From: Gammaproteobacteria bacterium
GTDB lineage: Bacteria > Pseudomonadota > Gammaproteobacteria > JBIOEC01
Length of the DNA stretch: 32,000 bases
Direction of reading: 5' to 3'
Assembly: GCA_965279305.1 (NCBI GenBank)
Contig: OZ257143.1
Coordinates: forward strand, 120,001-152,000
Below are positions 1 to 8,618 of the stretch, one piece after another (position 1 is the stretch's first letter; each line of letters begins with the position of its first letter). A program made the translations under genes and the position numbers. Below the pieces are notes generated by a model, which ran no database searches, had not been told where the DNA came from, and saw only the letters and a program-made list of their open reading frames with translations.

Positions 1-2
1 AT

Positions 3-392
3 ATTGCTAAATTACGTCAACAAGTATTTATTATAGAGCAAGCTTGTTTATTTTCTGATTTGGATGATCTAGATCCTATCACGCAACATTTAATGGCCAC
101 TCATGAAAACGAATTGATCGCTTATGCAAGAGTGTTAGCGCCACATAAGCCTAAAGATCCTGTTTATATAAGCCGGATCTGCACTGATATTAATCATAGA
201 AAGCATGGTGTGGGACATGAATTGGTGAAAAAAGCGTTGGAATATATTCACAAATATTATCCCAATAAAGAAGTGGTTATTTCAGCTCAATCGTATTTAG
301 AAAAATTTTATAATAAATTTGATTTCAAACCAATTGGAAAACCGTATTTAGAAGATGGGATCCCGCATATTGCTATGCATAGAACTGATTAA
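3..392 (+). CDS. elaA: ElaA-family GNAT N-acetyltransferase, 5' end cut by window edge
   Basis: The frame is open from base 3 (IAKLRQQVFIIEQACLFSDLD...), so the TTG at 60 in the ORF track is not the true start. VFxxEQxC and the C-terminal EDGIPHIAM match recalled E. coli ElaA (...VFVVEQNC..., ...EDGIPHIGM). Confidence 0.8.
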   Translation: MAKLRQQVFIIEQACLFSDLDDLDPITQHLMATHENELIAYARVLAPHKPKDPVYISRICTDINHRKHGVGHELVKKALEYIHKYYPNKEVVISAQSYLEKFYNKFDFKPIGKPYLEDGIPHIAMHRTD

Positions 393-1098
393 TTTGAATT
401 AATTTTTCTACCGGTTGCGGATGCCCCGTAATCATTCTGCCAATTACTAAATAATCACTGCCGGCTGCAATAGCGGCTTGCGGACTCATTGTGCGCTGTT
501 GATCATCAGCAGGCGAATCATTTGCACGAATACCTGGTGTCACTAATAAAAAATCTTTTCCGCATCGTTTGCGCAACACCGACGCTTCTTGACCAGAGCA
601 AACCACGCCGCCTAAACCTGATTCTTTTGCCAATAGCGCTAAGCGCTCTACTTCAGGTTCTACATTGGGCGGCAACCCTACTTCTTTGCACGCTTGACCA
701 TCCATGCTGGTTAAAATAGTAACACCAATTAAATGTGTAGCGTAGCGACGTTCTTTTAACATACGTGCGGCCAACTCCATCATTTGTCTTCCGCCTAAAC
801 AATGCACATTCACCATCCACACGCCTAAATCAGCAGCAGCAACACAGGCTTTTGCAACAGTGTTGGGAATATCATGAAATTTTAAATCTAAAAATACGGA
901 AAATCCGCGCTGAACTATTTTTTTAACAAACTCAGGCCCAGCGGCCGTGAAGAGCTCTTTGCCAATTTTCAAACGGCATAAATCGGGGGATACTTCATCT
1001 ACAAAGCGTAAAGCTTCAGAAGCGGTTGAATAATCTAATGCAACAATGATTTTAGGGGAAGACGAAGTTGTATCAGACGATGGCATATCCATGTTCAT
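373..1098 (-). CDS. pyrF: orotidine 5'-phosphate decarboxylase
   Basis: Motifs KIIVALDY, DLKFHDIPNTV and LVTPGIR are present. The track ORF (to 1182) reads through the tRNA-Arg gene. The internal ATG at 1098 (MNMDMPSS...) is the plausible start. Confidence 0.9.
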   Translation of the reverse strand: MNMDMPSSDTTSSSPKIIVALDYSTASEALRFVDEVSPDLCRLKIGKELFTAAGPEFVKKIVQRGFSVFLDLKFHDIPNTVAKACVAAADLGVWMVNVHCLGGRQMMELAARMLKERRYATHLIGVTILTSMDGQACKEVGLPPNVEPEVERLALLAKESGLGGVVCSGQEASVLRKRCGKDFLLVTPGIRANDSPADDQQRTMSPQAAIAAGSDYLVIGRMITGHPQPVEKLIQINQFYA

Positions 1099-1120
1099 CC
1101 TGAGGTGATTAGTAAGCAAA

Positions 1121-1197
1121 TGGTGCGCCCGGAAGGATTCGAACCTCCGACCACCAAGTTCGTAGCCTGGTACTCTATCCAACTGAGCTACGGGCGC
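1121..1197 (-). tRNA. tRNA-Arg (anticodon ACG)
   Basis: The reverse complement GCGCCCGTAGCTCAGTTGGATAGAGTACCAGGCTACGAACTTGGTGGTCGGAGGTTCGAATCCTTCCGGGCGCACCA folds as a cloverleaf. The anticodon loop is CTACGAA, the T-loop is GGTTCGAATCC, and CCA is encoded. Confidence 0.92.
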
Positions 1198-1360
1198 ATA
1201 TCGCTATTGGACGGCCATCATTATTCCAGATTTACTAACTTAGATCAATCATTACCGTATAGGCCTACCTCCCACTCCCACTTTTTAGTTTAATACTATT
1301 TGACGCCTATCATTCTGTTATATATTCTTAATTATCTCAAACTGTGAATAAGGCTATCTT

Positions 1361-2374
1361 ATGAAATGGCTAGATTTTCAAGCAAGCACCATCCTGTTAT
1401 CAAAACTGGGACTTGAAATTCAAAGCTATGCCTTAGTTCTTCCATCAGAGGTCTCGTTTTTTCTTTTTAATCCTGTTGGAACAAGACCACAAGAGATGGA
1501 TATCCGGGAAGAATGGGATAGAAAAATTGAAGAAGGATATATCCCTCTCATACAGCTTTCTTCTCAGCAATCTTCGAATGAGGATATTATTAAAATTGTT
1601 AATTACCTTATTTCGTCGCAATATTTGGCTGAACGTTCTGAAAATAATATTAAATTTTTACAACTTAACCCAGGAAAATCCCCTATTGATTTTCTTATTG
1701 GTTTACTCAACATTTATACCGCTGTGATCAAAGATAAAAACTTTTTACCCATTACTATTCCCATTGAAATCATGAGATTTATTAGACAAAATGTTAGAAT
1801 AAATAATAGATTAGAGCCGTATAAGAATTGGATTAATGAGCTACGCACTTATTTAAATCAACTTTGGCCAGGCAAAAACGATTTAGACGACGGTTTATGG
1901 GCGGTTTTGGTATCTCTCTCTCCTAAACCCAAAGAACTTCTCGATTTAAATACGGCTATTTATAATATGTTGGCAGAACATGAACATGTTTTATATCGTC
2001 CAAAACCATCACCACTACTTCCATTTCAACGCCCTACTATAGATTTTACAAATACTTCTTCTGCTGCAGATACTTCATCCCCTATTCCTACTATTATCGT
2101 ATCAGCACCTGGTTATCAACCACCCAACAGAGTTCTAACGCGAAGAAGAGGATTGCCGGGTAGAAGGGTATTGTCGGTTATAAGAGAAAAAAGTCGCTCT
2201 CCTAGCCCTAGTAGAGTAGTAAGCCCTCTTCATAGCCCAAAAGGATTGTCCGGTGTAAAAGCATGCAGCCGCACTCCTAGCCCTAGAAGAACCCCCATTC
2301 ATAGCCCCCCAATAAATGAAGTTAAATCCCCTCCTATCCCAGCAGATGTATCCGCCTTTATTTTCCCATCGTAA
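1361..2374 (+). CDS. hypothetical protein with Ser/Pro/Arg-rich C-terminal tail (candidate host-targeted effector)
   Basis: It is the only long ORF in the gap between the two tRNA genes and has an ATG start. I recognise no family. The last ~90 aa read RRRGLPGRRVLSVIREKSRSPSPSRVVSPLHSPKGLSGVKACSRTPSPRRTPIHSPPINEVKSPPIP, with an internal DNA repeat (2198..2237 vs 2274..2307). Confidence 0.7.
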   Translation: MKWLDFQASTILLSKLGLEIQSYALVLPSEVSFFLFNPVGTRPQEMDIREEWDRKIEEGYIPLIQLSSQQSSNEDIIKIVNYLISSQYLAERSENNIKFLQLNPGKSPIDFLIGLLNIYTAVIKDKNFLPITIPIEIMRFIRQNVRINNRLEPYKNWINELRTYLNQLWPGKNDLDDGLWAVLVSLSPKPKELLDLNTAIYNMLAEHEHVLYRPKPSPLLPFQRPTIDFTNTSSAADTSSPIPTIIVSAPGYQPPNRVLTRRRGLPGRRVLSVIREKSRSPSPSRVVSPLHSPKGLSGVKACSRTPSPRRTPIHSPPINEVKSPPIPADVSAFIFPS

Positions 2375-2410
2375 ATGTGTATCCTACTAACCCTCAATCG
2401 AATTTGATTT

Positions 2411-2503
2411 GGAGAGATGGCCGAGTGGCTGAAGGCGCTCCCCTGCTAAGGGAGTATGGGACCAAAAGTTCCATCGAGGGTTCGAATCCCTCTCTCTCCG
2501 CCA
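2411..2503 (+). tRNA. tRNA-Ser (anticodon GCT), long variable arm
   Basis: The sequence is GGAGAGATGGCCGAGTGGCTGAAGGCGCTCCCCTGCTAAGGGAGTATGGGACCAAAAGTTCCATCGAGGGTTCGAATCCCTCTCTCTCCGCCA. The acceptor stem is GGAGAGA/TCTCTCC, the anticodon arm is CTCCC-CTGCTAA-GGGAG, and the T arm is GAGGG-TTCGAAT-CCCTC. Confidence 0.92.
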
Positions 2504-2504
2504 T

Positions 2505-2542
2505 ATAAATAAATGAAAGCATGCATGCTTTCATTTATTTAT
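2505..2542 (+). terminator. perfect 38-bp palindrome immediately after tRNA-Ser (possible terminator)
   Basis: ATAAATAAATGAAAGCATG|CATGCTTTCATTTATTTAT was checked base by base and is perfectly self-complementary around 2523/2524. The right arm is T-rich. Confidence 0.4.
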
Positions 2543-2587
2543 CAGGTGAAACGGGTTCAAACCCTCGAATAAAATAAGTGGTTCGAC

Positions 2588-2652
2588 AAAACGGCAGGAC
2601 TGCCGTTTTGGACGCGCAAAGCGCGCCCGAAGGGCGAGGCACAGGATGTGCC
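2588..2652. repeat. string of four short GC-rich perfect hairpins
   Basis: The four hairpins are AAAACGGCA-ggac-TGCCGTTTT (2588..2609), CGCGC-aaa-GCGCG (2613..2625), GCCC-gaa-GGGC (2625..2635) and GGCACA-gga-TGTGCC (2638..2652). By eye the segment is much more GC-rich than its surroundings. Confidence 0.5.
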
Positions 2653-2657
2653 GAGTC

Positions 2658-2675
2658 AATCCCTCTCTCTCCGCC
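2658..2675 (+). repeat. 18-bp direct repeat of the tRNA-Ser 3' end (att-like scar)
   Basis: AATCCCTCTCTCTCCGCC at 2658..2675 is identical to tRNA-Ser positions 2485..2502. Both copies are followed by an A/T-rich run starting TATAAA or ATATAAA. Confidence 0.7.
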
Positions 2676-2707
2676 TATAAAAAAGTATTTCTAAATTATT
2701 TTATATA

Positions 2708-2742
2708 GATTGCCACGGACGCTTCGCGTCCTAGCAATGACG
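2708..2742 (-). repeat. short palindromic interspersed repeat (GTCATTGC...CGTGGCAATC type), copy 1
   Basis: The minus strand reads CGTCATTGCTAGGACGCGAAGCGTCCGTGGCAATC. The ATTGC/GCAAT and GGACGC/GCGTCC arms pair. It shares its termini with the copy at 30026..30070. Confidence 0.55.
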
Positions 2743-2757
2743 AGCTATACTTCCCTC

Positions 2758-3459
2758 ATGATCACCCTACGAAAAGCACAAGAACGCGGACATATACAAA
2801 ACGGCTGGCTCGAAAGCTGGCATACCTTCTCATTCGGCGAATACTTCGATCCTCACTACCGTTCATTTGCCGACTTACGCGTCATCAACGAAGACTTCGT
2901 TGCCGCAGCCGCAGGCTTCCCTACGCATCCGCACAACAATATGGAAATCATCACCTATATATTAGAAGGCAGCTTAGAGCACAAAGACTCCATGGGTACA
3001 GGCTCTGTGATCCGCCCTGGTGATATACAAAGAATGAGTGCAGGCTCAGGTGTTACGCATAGCGAATTTAATCCCTCTCCGACCGAAAAAACACACTTAT
3101 TACAGATCTGGTTCTTCCCCGATCAAAAAAACATCGAACCCAGTTATCAACAAAAAACATTCTCTGCTGAACAAAAGCGTGGTAAATTTTGCTTAGTAGT
3201 TTCAAAAACAGGGCGCGATGGTTCTATATCACTTAATCAAGATATGAACATGTCTGTAGCACTACTCGATGGAAAAGAAACCATAGAATATCCCATCAAA
3301 CCCGAAAGAAAAGTATGGATCCAACTCGCCAGAGGCGAGGTCAATGTAAATGGTCTTTCACTAAAAGCCGGTGATGGTGCCGCAGTTGAAACAGAAACCA
3401 GCCTACTCTTCACTCAACCCAAACAAGCCGAAATCGTTCTCTTTGATATGCAAGCCTAA
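2758..3459 (+). CDS. yhhW: pirin-family protein (YhhW-like quercetin 2,3-dioxygenase)
   Basis: MITLRKAQERGHIQNGWLESWHTFSF matches recalled E. coli YhhW [26 protein letters not shown]. The cupin metal site THPHNNMEIITY is present. The track start at 2710 (TTG) lies inside the palindromic repeat; ATG 2758 fits the homolog N-terminus, and ATG 2737 is an alternative. Confidence 0.88.
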   Translation: MITLRKAQERGHIQNGWLESWHTFSFGEYFDPHYRSFADLRVINEDFVAAAAGFPTHPHNNMEIITYILEGSLEHKDSMGTGSVIRPGDIQRMSAGSGVTHSEFNPSPTEKTHLLQIWFFPDQKNIEPSYQQKTFSAEQKRGKFCLVVSKTGRDGSISLNQDMNMSVALLDGKETIEYPIKPERKVWIQLARGEVNVNGLSLKAGDGAAVETETSLLFTQPKQAEIVLFDMQA

Positions 3460-3505
3460 GCTTTCATATTAAATCAATCTTACCCCTAGGAAAGTCTGAA
3501 TAACA

Positions 3506-3514
3506 TGGTAAAAT
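3506..3514 (+). promoter_or_regulatory. possible extended -10 element (TGgTAAAAT)
   Basis: ATGGTAAAAT lies about 35 nt upstream of the 3549 start. The same 10-mer occurs upstream of dsbC. Confidence 0.3.
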
Positions 3515-3548
3515 AGCCGCTTCATCTTCTATCATAAGGCTTAAAGCT

Positions 3549-4100
3549 ATGAATCGATCAATACGCCGCACTCCACGCTACCTGGCCTGCTTTGCTATTT
3601 GTTTAGGCTTAAGTTTTGGTACCGCAGCACTGGCTAGTGCCAAACAAACTGTAGGCGTTAATGAAACCATCACTATTCTTCCTGAAAATATTCGCCTGCA
3701 AGCTAAACTCGATACCGGCGCAGACACTTCTTCACTAGATGCTCGGCATATTGAGTTCTTCACTAAAGACAACAAAGAATGGGTACGTTTTAAAGTAATA
3801 AGAGCGATAGATCAAAAAACACATTCATTTGAATATCCTGTTTCGCGCCGCGCTAAAATTACCTCTCGAGTGCCATCAGAAAGTATTCCAGGTAAAACGC
3901 ACCAAAAACGTCCTGTGATCAAAATGGATATATGCATTGGTGACCAGCACAAAACCATCGAAGTCAATTTATTTGATCGTTCTAATTTCAAATATCCTTT
4001 TTTATTAGGCGCTTCAGCCTTAAGTGAATTTGACTATTTGGTAGATGTGCAGTCTAATCACGTATTACCAAACAAATGCACCGTTTCGACGGCTAAATAA
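3549..4100 (+). CDS. secreted retropepsin-like aspartic peptidase (so-called ATP-dependent zinc protease / RimB-like family)
   Basis: It has a Sec-type signal peptide (...LSFGTAALASA|KQ) and the D-T-G-A aspartic-protease signature KLDTGADTSSLD. It is the first gene of a co-oriented triad. Confidence 0.75.
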   Translation: MNRSIRRTPRYLACFAICLGLSFGTAALASAKQTVGVNETITILPENIRLQAKLDTGADTSSLDARHIEFFTKDNKEWVRFKVIRAIDQKTHSFEYPVSRRAKITSRVPSESIPGKTHQKRPVIKMDICIGDQHKTIEVNLFDRSNFKYPFLLGASALSEFDYLVDVQSNHVLPNKCTVSTAK

Positions 4101-4123
4101 ACAACTTACTAAGAGATAACCAC

Positions 4124-5668
4124 GTGTACAACAGCAAACATCTCCTTACCCTAACCTTCCTTCTTATTACCCTAGGTTTGGGCTTATTTTTATATAAATT
4201 TTTATGGTTAGGCCTGCCATTAGCACCCGATAACCAAACACCTATTTGGAGCATAGAAGCCAAGCTAACTTTTTATGCAAGCGATCCTGTTCGCGCTAGT
4301 TTTTTTGTTCCACCCGATCAAGAAAACTTTAAATTATTTGAAGAAAACTTTGTGACCGGTGGTGTTTATGGTGTTAACACACCCACCACACAAAGTGGAC
4401 GCAACCGTTTATCTGAATGGACACGCCGCACACCCAATGGCAAACAAACGCTTTACTATCAAGCACTCATTTATAAAACCGGTGATGCTTCTGTTACTGC
4501 AGGTCCTGGACTTACTATTTCTCCTTCTACCTTAACCGGTGCAAAAGCGTCCGCCGCAAAAACCATTATTGATAATACTTACGCCGCTTCTTCTGACAGC
4601 GTGAGCTTAGCAACAGGTGTAGTAAAACAATTACGTAGTAATCTAGATGGAAATACTAATGTCTTTTTACAAGGTGACAACTCCCCTGAAAACGTAGCGC
4701 GCGCTGCTGCTGAAGTATTAAGAGGCCGTGTTATTGCACAACTAGTTCATGGTATTTATTTGCCAAAAGATTTACATCAGCGCACAGAAGTGGTACTGGC
4801 CGATTTCTTACGCATTTTCGATGCTGAAAAAAATGTATGGCATTACATTGATCCTGCTACCGGGCGACAAGGTTTACCAGAAGATTTTTTTGTATGGTAT
4901 TACGGTGAAAAACCCTTATTAGAAGTAGATGGCGGCCGTAGTCCTAGCGTATCTTTTGCACTGAGCAAAGAATTAAAAAACACCTTACAACTCGCTAACC
5001 GTAATGAAGTGCGCAGCCAATCGTGGATGCTTGATTATTCTTTATTTAGCTTACCGCTCTCTACTCAATTAGCTTATCAAGTACTCATCATGATCCCGCT
5101 AGGCGCTTTAATTATTTTAGTCGTAAGAAACATTATTGGTATGCCTACCTTCGGAACTTTTATGCCCGTGCTAATTGCATTAGCTTTTAGAGAAACGCAA
5201 TTAATTCACGGTATTTTATTATTCAGTTTTATCGTAGGTATAGGATTGGGCGTACGGTTTTACTTCGAGCAATTAAAATTATTATTAGTACCGCGATTAG
5301 CCGCGGTGTTAAGTGCAGTGATTTTAATTATTTTAGTATTAAGCGTGATCAGTCATCGCTTAGGATTAGACATTGGATTATCGATTGCTATTTTCCCTAT
5401 CGTTATTATCACCATGACTATCGAACGTATGTCGGTAGTATGGGAAGAACATAGTGGATGGGAAGCGATGCGCCAAGGCGCAGGAAGCTTGTTTGCTGCT
5501 TCACTCGCTTATGGAGCCATGAGCAGTGAGTTTATTGAACATTTATTCTTTGTATTCCCTGAAGTGATTTTATTTATTATTGCAGGCATGCTCTGGTTAG
5601 GTCGTTATCGTGGATATCGCCTGTCTGAATTATTTCGTTTTAATACATTGTTTGAAAAGGCAAAATGA
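4124..5668 (+). CDS. membrane protein: N-terminal anchor, large extracytoplasmic domain, ~7-TM C-terminal domain (inactive-transglutaminase/7TM partner of RimK-related ligases)
   Basis: It starts at a GTG after AAGAGA. One TM lies at residues ~8-32, about 300 aa are soluble, and seven hydrophobic segments follow. Its stop overlaps the next start (ATGA at 5665..5668). Confidence 0.7.
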   Translation: MYNSKHLLTLTFLLITLGLGLFLYKFLWLGLPLAPDNQTPIWSIEAKLTFYASDPVRASFFVPPDQENFKLFEENFVTGGVYGVNTPTTQSGRNRLSEWTRRTPNGKQTLYYQALIYKTGDASVTAGPGLTISPSTLTGAKASAAKTIIDNTYAASSDSVSLATGVVKQLRSNLDGNTNVFLQGDNSPENVARAAAEVLRGRVIAQLVHGIYLPKDLHQRTEVVLADFLRIFDAEKNVWHYIDPATGRQGLPEDFFVWYYGEKPLLEVDGGRSPSVSFALSKELKNTLQLANRNEVRSQSWMLDYSLFSLPLSTQLAYQVLIMIPLGALIILVVRNIIGMPTFGTFMPVLIALAFRETQLIHGILLFSFIVGIGLGVRFYFEQLKLLLVPRLAAVLSAVILIILVLSVISHRLGLDIGLSIAIFPIVIITMTIERMSVVWEEHSGWEAMRQGAGSLFAASLAYGAMSSEFIEHLFFVFPEVILFIIAGMLWLGRYRGYRLSELFRFNTLFEKAK

Positions 5669-6627
5669 ATCTCTTAAATACTTACAAACAATTACAGCAC
5701 GCGGGTATTCTTGGAATGAACCGGCGAAATGCAGATTATATTACTTTATATAATCCACGTAATAAATATCCTTTAGTGGATGATAAACTCCGCACCAAAA
5801 AACTTGCTCAGGGCGCCAACATTGCTGTTCCTGAACTTTATTATTTAGTAGAGCACGAACATCAAATTGCTGATCTCGAAACCGTACTAAATCAACATCA
5901 AGATTTTGTGGTAAAACCAGCACATGGTAGTGGCGGCGAAGGAATTGTAGTGATCAGCGGCAGACGTGGTAATCGTTACCAAAAAGTGAATGGCACTTTT
6001 ATGTATCAAGATGAACTCAATCACCATGTTTCTAATATCTTAAGCGGTATGTATAGTTTAGGTGGGCATCCTGATCAAGCACTCATTGAATATCGCGTAG
6101 AATTCGACCCTCTTTTTGAAACCGTCAGTTACCAAGGCGTTCCTGATATTCGCGTGATTGTCTTTGTGGGCTATCCCGTGATGGCGATGGTACGTTTACC
6201 TACCCGAAATTCTCAAGGCAAAGCAAATTTACATCAAGGCGCCGTCGGCGCTGGTATTGATTTAAAAACCGGCAAAACCATGCATGGGGTTCTGCATAAT
6301 CATCTGGTCGACCATCACCCTGATACCGGCAACCCGATTGCTGGATTACAAATTCCTGGATGGCGAGCATTATTAGAGCTCTGCGCCCGCTGCTACGAAC
6401 TCACAGGCTTGGGCTATTTAGGGGCTGATATTGTATTAGATCGGAATAAAGGGCCGCTCATGCTAGAGCTTAATGCTCGCCCCGGTTTAAGCATTCAAAC
6501 TGCAAACCGCTCCGGTTTGGTTCCCCGCCTAGAATTTATTGAAAAACACCGCGATCCGTCGATTACCCCTGAGCAGCGAGTAGATTTTGTGCTGAAAAAC
6601 TTGGCCGATTTCCCTACTATCCCTTAG
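5665..6627 (+). CDS. alpha-L-glutamate ligase-related ATP-grasp protein (RimK-related)
   Basis: The N-terminal GILGMNRRNADYI...PLVDDKLRTKKLA signature and the ATP-grasp core (VVKPAHGSGGEGI, GADIVLD, LELNARPG) are present. It is translationally coupled to the upstream gene. Confidence 0.8.
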   Translation: MNLLNTYKQLQHAGILGMNRRNADYITLYNPRNKYPLVDDKLRTKKLAQGANIAVPELYYLVEHEHQIADLETVLNQHQDFVVKPAHGSGGEGIVVISGRRGNRYQKVNGTFMYQDELNHHVSNILSGMYSLGGHPDQALIEYRVEFDPLFETVSYQGVPDIRVIVFVGYPVMAMVRLPTRNSQGKANLHQGAVGAGIDLKTGKTMHGVLHNHLVDHHPDTGNPIAGLQIPGWRALLELCARCYELTGLGYLGADIVLDRNKGPLMLELNARPGLSIQTANRSGLVPRLEFIEKHRDPSITPEQRVDFVLKNLADFPTIP

Positions 6628-6634
6628 GCAACCA

Positions 6635-6663
6635 TTGACTACCAGACCCATACCCGATATTAT
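6635..6663 (+). promoter_or_regulatory. sigma70-like promoter of the rpsP operon
   Basis: TTGACT (6635..6640), a 17-nt spacer and TATTAT (6658..6663) are followed by SD AGAGGAAA and ATG 6692. Confidence 0.55.
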
Positions 6664-6691
6664 AGTCGGCTGAATTTAGAGGAAATGTATT

Positions 6692-6955
6692 ATGTTACGT
6701 ATTCGTTTAGCTAGAGCCGGCGCGAAAAAACGCCCTTTTTATCACATCGTAGTAGCCGATCAACGTCGCCCTTTAGGTGGCCGTTATATAGAGCGTATTG
6801 GTTTTTATAACCCTATTGCTGCTGGTAAAGAAGTGCGCTTAAAAATCGATCAAGAACTATTAAATCAGTGGAAAGAAAAAGGCGCTCAACCCACTGAACG
6901 CGTACTAGAATTGTTGCAAAATATTGCCCCAATTGAAAAAAGTGCAGCCGCCTAA
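6692..6955 (+). CDS. rpsP: 30S ribosomal protein S16
   Basis: [41 protein letters not shown] is the canonical S16 N-terminus. Confidence 0.95.
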   Translation: MLRIRLARAGAKKRPFYHIVVADQRRPLGGRYIERIGFYNPIAAGKEVRLKIDQELLNQWKEKGAQPTERVLELLQNIAPIEKSAAA

Positions 6956-7472
6956 TAACACCCCCCGCTCTCTTATCACCATTGGCCGTGTATTAGGCGC
7001 CTTTGGTGTTAGAGGGTGGGTGCATCTCGCCTCATTTACCTCCCCCGAAAACAATTTATTTACCTTAGCCCCTTTATATTTAAGCCAAGGCCAAACAACA
7101 CGCCCTATACATTTAAAAGCTCACCAAGCGCATCAAAAAGCCTGGGTGGCACAATTTGATGAATGTACCGATCGTGATATCGCATTAGCCTGGAGAGGCG
7201 CTTATATTCAAGTATCACGCGAGCAGTTGCCGCCGCTACCTGACAACCAATTTTACTGGGTAGATTTAGAAGGCCTAGAAGTAATCAATATGAAAAACGA
7301 AACCTTAGGCTACGTGGACCATTTATTTAATACCGGCGCCAACGACCTGATGGCCGTTAAAAAAGACGGTAAAGAAATTTATATTCCTTTTATTCCGCCC
7401 GATGTGGTTAAAAATATTGATATAGAGAACAAAGTTATTACCGTAGATTGGGGCAATGAAGATGAGATTTGA
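6924..7472 (+). CDS. rimM: ribosome maturation factor RimM
   Basis: [22 protein letters not shown] and the C-terminal PRC-barrel-like region are present, and the gene sits between rpsP and trmD. The start is uncertain: TTG 6924, TTG 6933 and GTG 6942 are all possible, and no ATG is available. Confidence 0.85.
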   Translation: MPQLKKVQPPNNTPRSLITIGRVLGAFGVRGWVHLASFTSPENNLFTLAPLYLSQGQTTRPIHLKAHQAHQKAWVAQFDECTDRDIALAWRGAYIQVSREQLPPLPDNQFYWVDLEGLEVINMKNETLGYVDHLFNTGANDLMAVKKDGKEIYIPFIPPDVVKNIDIENKVITVDWGNEDEI

Positions 7473-8217
7473 TATAGTCACTTTATTTCCAGAAATGTTT
7501 ACTGCCATCACCGAATATGGCATTACTCGTCGTGCCGCCTCAGAAAAATTAGTAGAGCTCAATTACTGGAACCCTCGTCGTTATACCCAGGATGTGCACC
7601 AGCAAGTGGATGATCGCCCCTATGGCGGCGGCCCTGGCATGGTTATGCAAGTAGCACCACTACGAGCAGCCATTAACGATGCGAAAAAAGCAGATCCGCG
7701 CCCTGCTCTCACCGTCTATTTATCCCCTCAAGGCACACCTATTACCCAAGAAAAACTGGTGCAAGTAAGCCAAAATCACGCCAGACTTATCTTAATTTGT
7801 GGCCGCTATGAAGGTATTGACCAACGTATTATCGACAGCGATGTGGATGAAGAATGGTCTATCGGTGATTATGTGCTTAGCGGAGGCGAATTACCCGCGA
7901 TGGTACTGATAGATGGGCTAATACGCCTATTACCAGGCGCTCTAGGCGACACAGAGTCGGCTCTGCAAGATTCTTTTATGAATGGGCTGTTAGACTGCCC
8001 TCATTATACTAGACCGCCTGTTATTGACGGAGAGGCTGTTCCTGCTGTATTATTGTCGGGCGATCATCAGGCTATCGAGCATTGGCGATTGCAACAGCAA
8101 TTAAGGCGTACCCTGCATCAGCGGCCCGATCTTCTCGCCCGCCTGCATCATTCCAGCCAATGGCCAGAATGGCAAGCCTTGTTAGAGGAAATGAAGAACC
8201 AGGACCAAGAGAATTAA
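7456..8217 (+). CDS. trmD: tRNA (guanine37-N1)-methyltransferase
   Basis: [26 protein letters not shown] and [11 protein letters not shown] motifs are present. Confidence 0.95.
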   Translation: MKMRFDIVTLFPEMFTAITEYGITRRAASEKLVELNYWNPRRYTQDVHQQVDDRPYGGGPGMVMQVAPLRAAINDAKKADPRPALTVYLSPQGTPITQEKLVQVSQNHARLILICGRYEGIDQRIIDSDVDEEWSIGDYVLSGGELPAMVLIDGLIRLLPGALGDTESALQDSFMNGLLDCPHYTRPPVIDGEAVPAVLLSGDHQAIEHWRLQQQLRRTLHQRPDLLARLHHSSQWPEWQALLEEMKNQDQEN

Positions 8218-8218
8218 C

Positions 8219-8611
8219 ATGAACATTATTGAACAAGTAGAACAACAGCAATTACGTCACGATATCCCTGAATTTAGCACAGGCGATACTTTACTCGTAC
8301 AAGTAAAGGTAAAAGAAGGTAACCGTGAACGTTTACAAGCATTCGAAGGTATCGTGATTGCCAAGCGCAACCGCGGCCTTAACTCTGCATTTACTTTGCG
8401 TAAAATTTCGCACGGTGAAGGCGTAGAACGCGTATTCCAAACTCATAGCCCTGCTATTGCTTCTGTTAGTCTGAAGCGTCGTGGTGATGTGCGTAAAGCC
8501 AAATTGTATCACTTGCGTGATCTTAGCGGTAAAGCGGCACGTATTCGCGAAAAATTGGGTGGCAAAATCAGCACAGCTGCTGCTGAAAAAGCGACTCCTG
8601 AAGCTGAGTAA
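8219..8611 (+). CDS. rplS: 50S ribosomal protein L19
   Basis: [46 protein letters not shown] is a canonical L19 sequence. It is the last gene of the rpsP operon. Confidence 0.95.
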   Translation: MNIIEQVEQQQLRHDIPEFSTGDTLLVQVKVKEGNRERLQAFEGIVIAKRNRGLNSAFTLRKISHGEGVERVFQTHSPAIASVSLKRRGDVRKAKLYHLRDLSGKAARIREKLGGKISTAAAEKATPEAE

Positions 8612-8618
8612 ATCCCTG

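Noticed and set aside
373-392. 20-bp convergent 3' overlap of elaA and pyrF
   Set aside because: Short tail-to-tail overlaps are common in compact genomes, and nothing else is unusual at this junction.
1099-1182. N-terminal 28-aa extension of the pyrF ORF in the track (MDRVPGYELGGRRFESFRAHHLL...), and the opposite-strand ORF 1105..1293
   Set aside because: Both are translations of the tRNA-Arg gene and its flank. GGRRFES is the T-arm read as protein. The real pyrF start is the ATG at 1098.
2545-2675. A possible second tRNA gene downstream of tRNA-Ser
   Set aside because: Only the last 18 nt and a degenerate T-arm are present. There is no matching 5' acceptor strand or anticodon arm, so this is a fragment or scar, not a functional tRNA.
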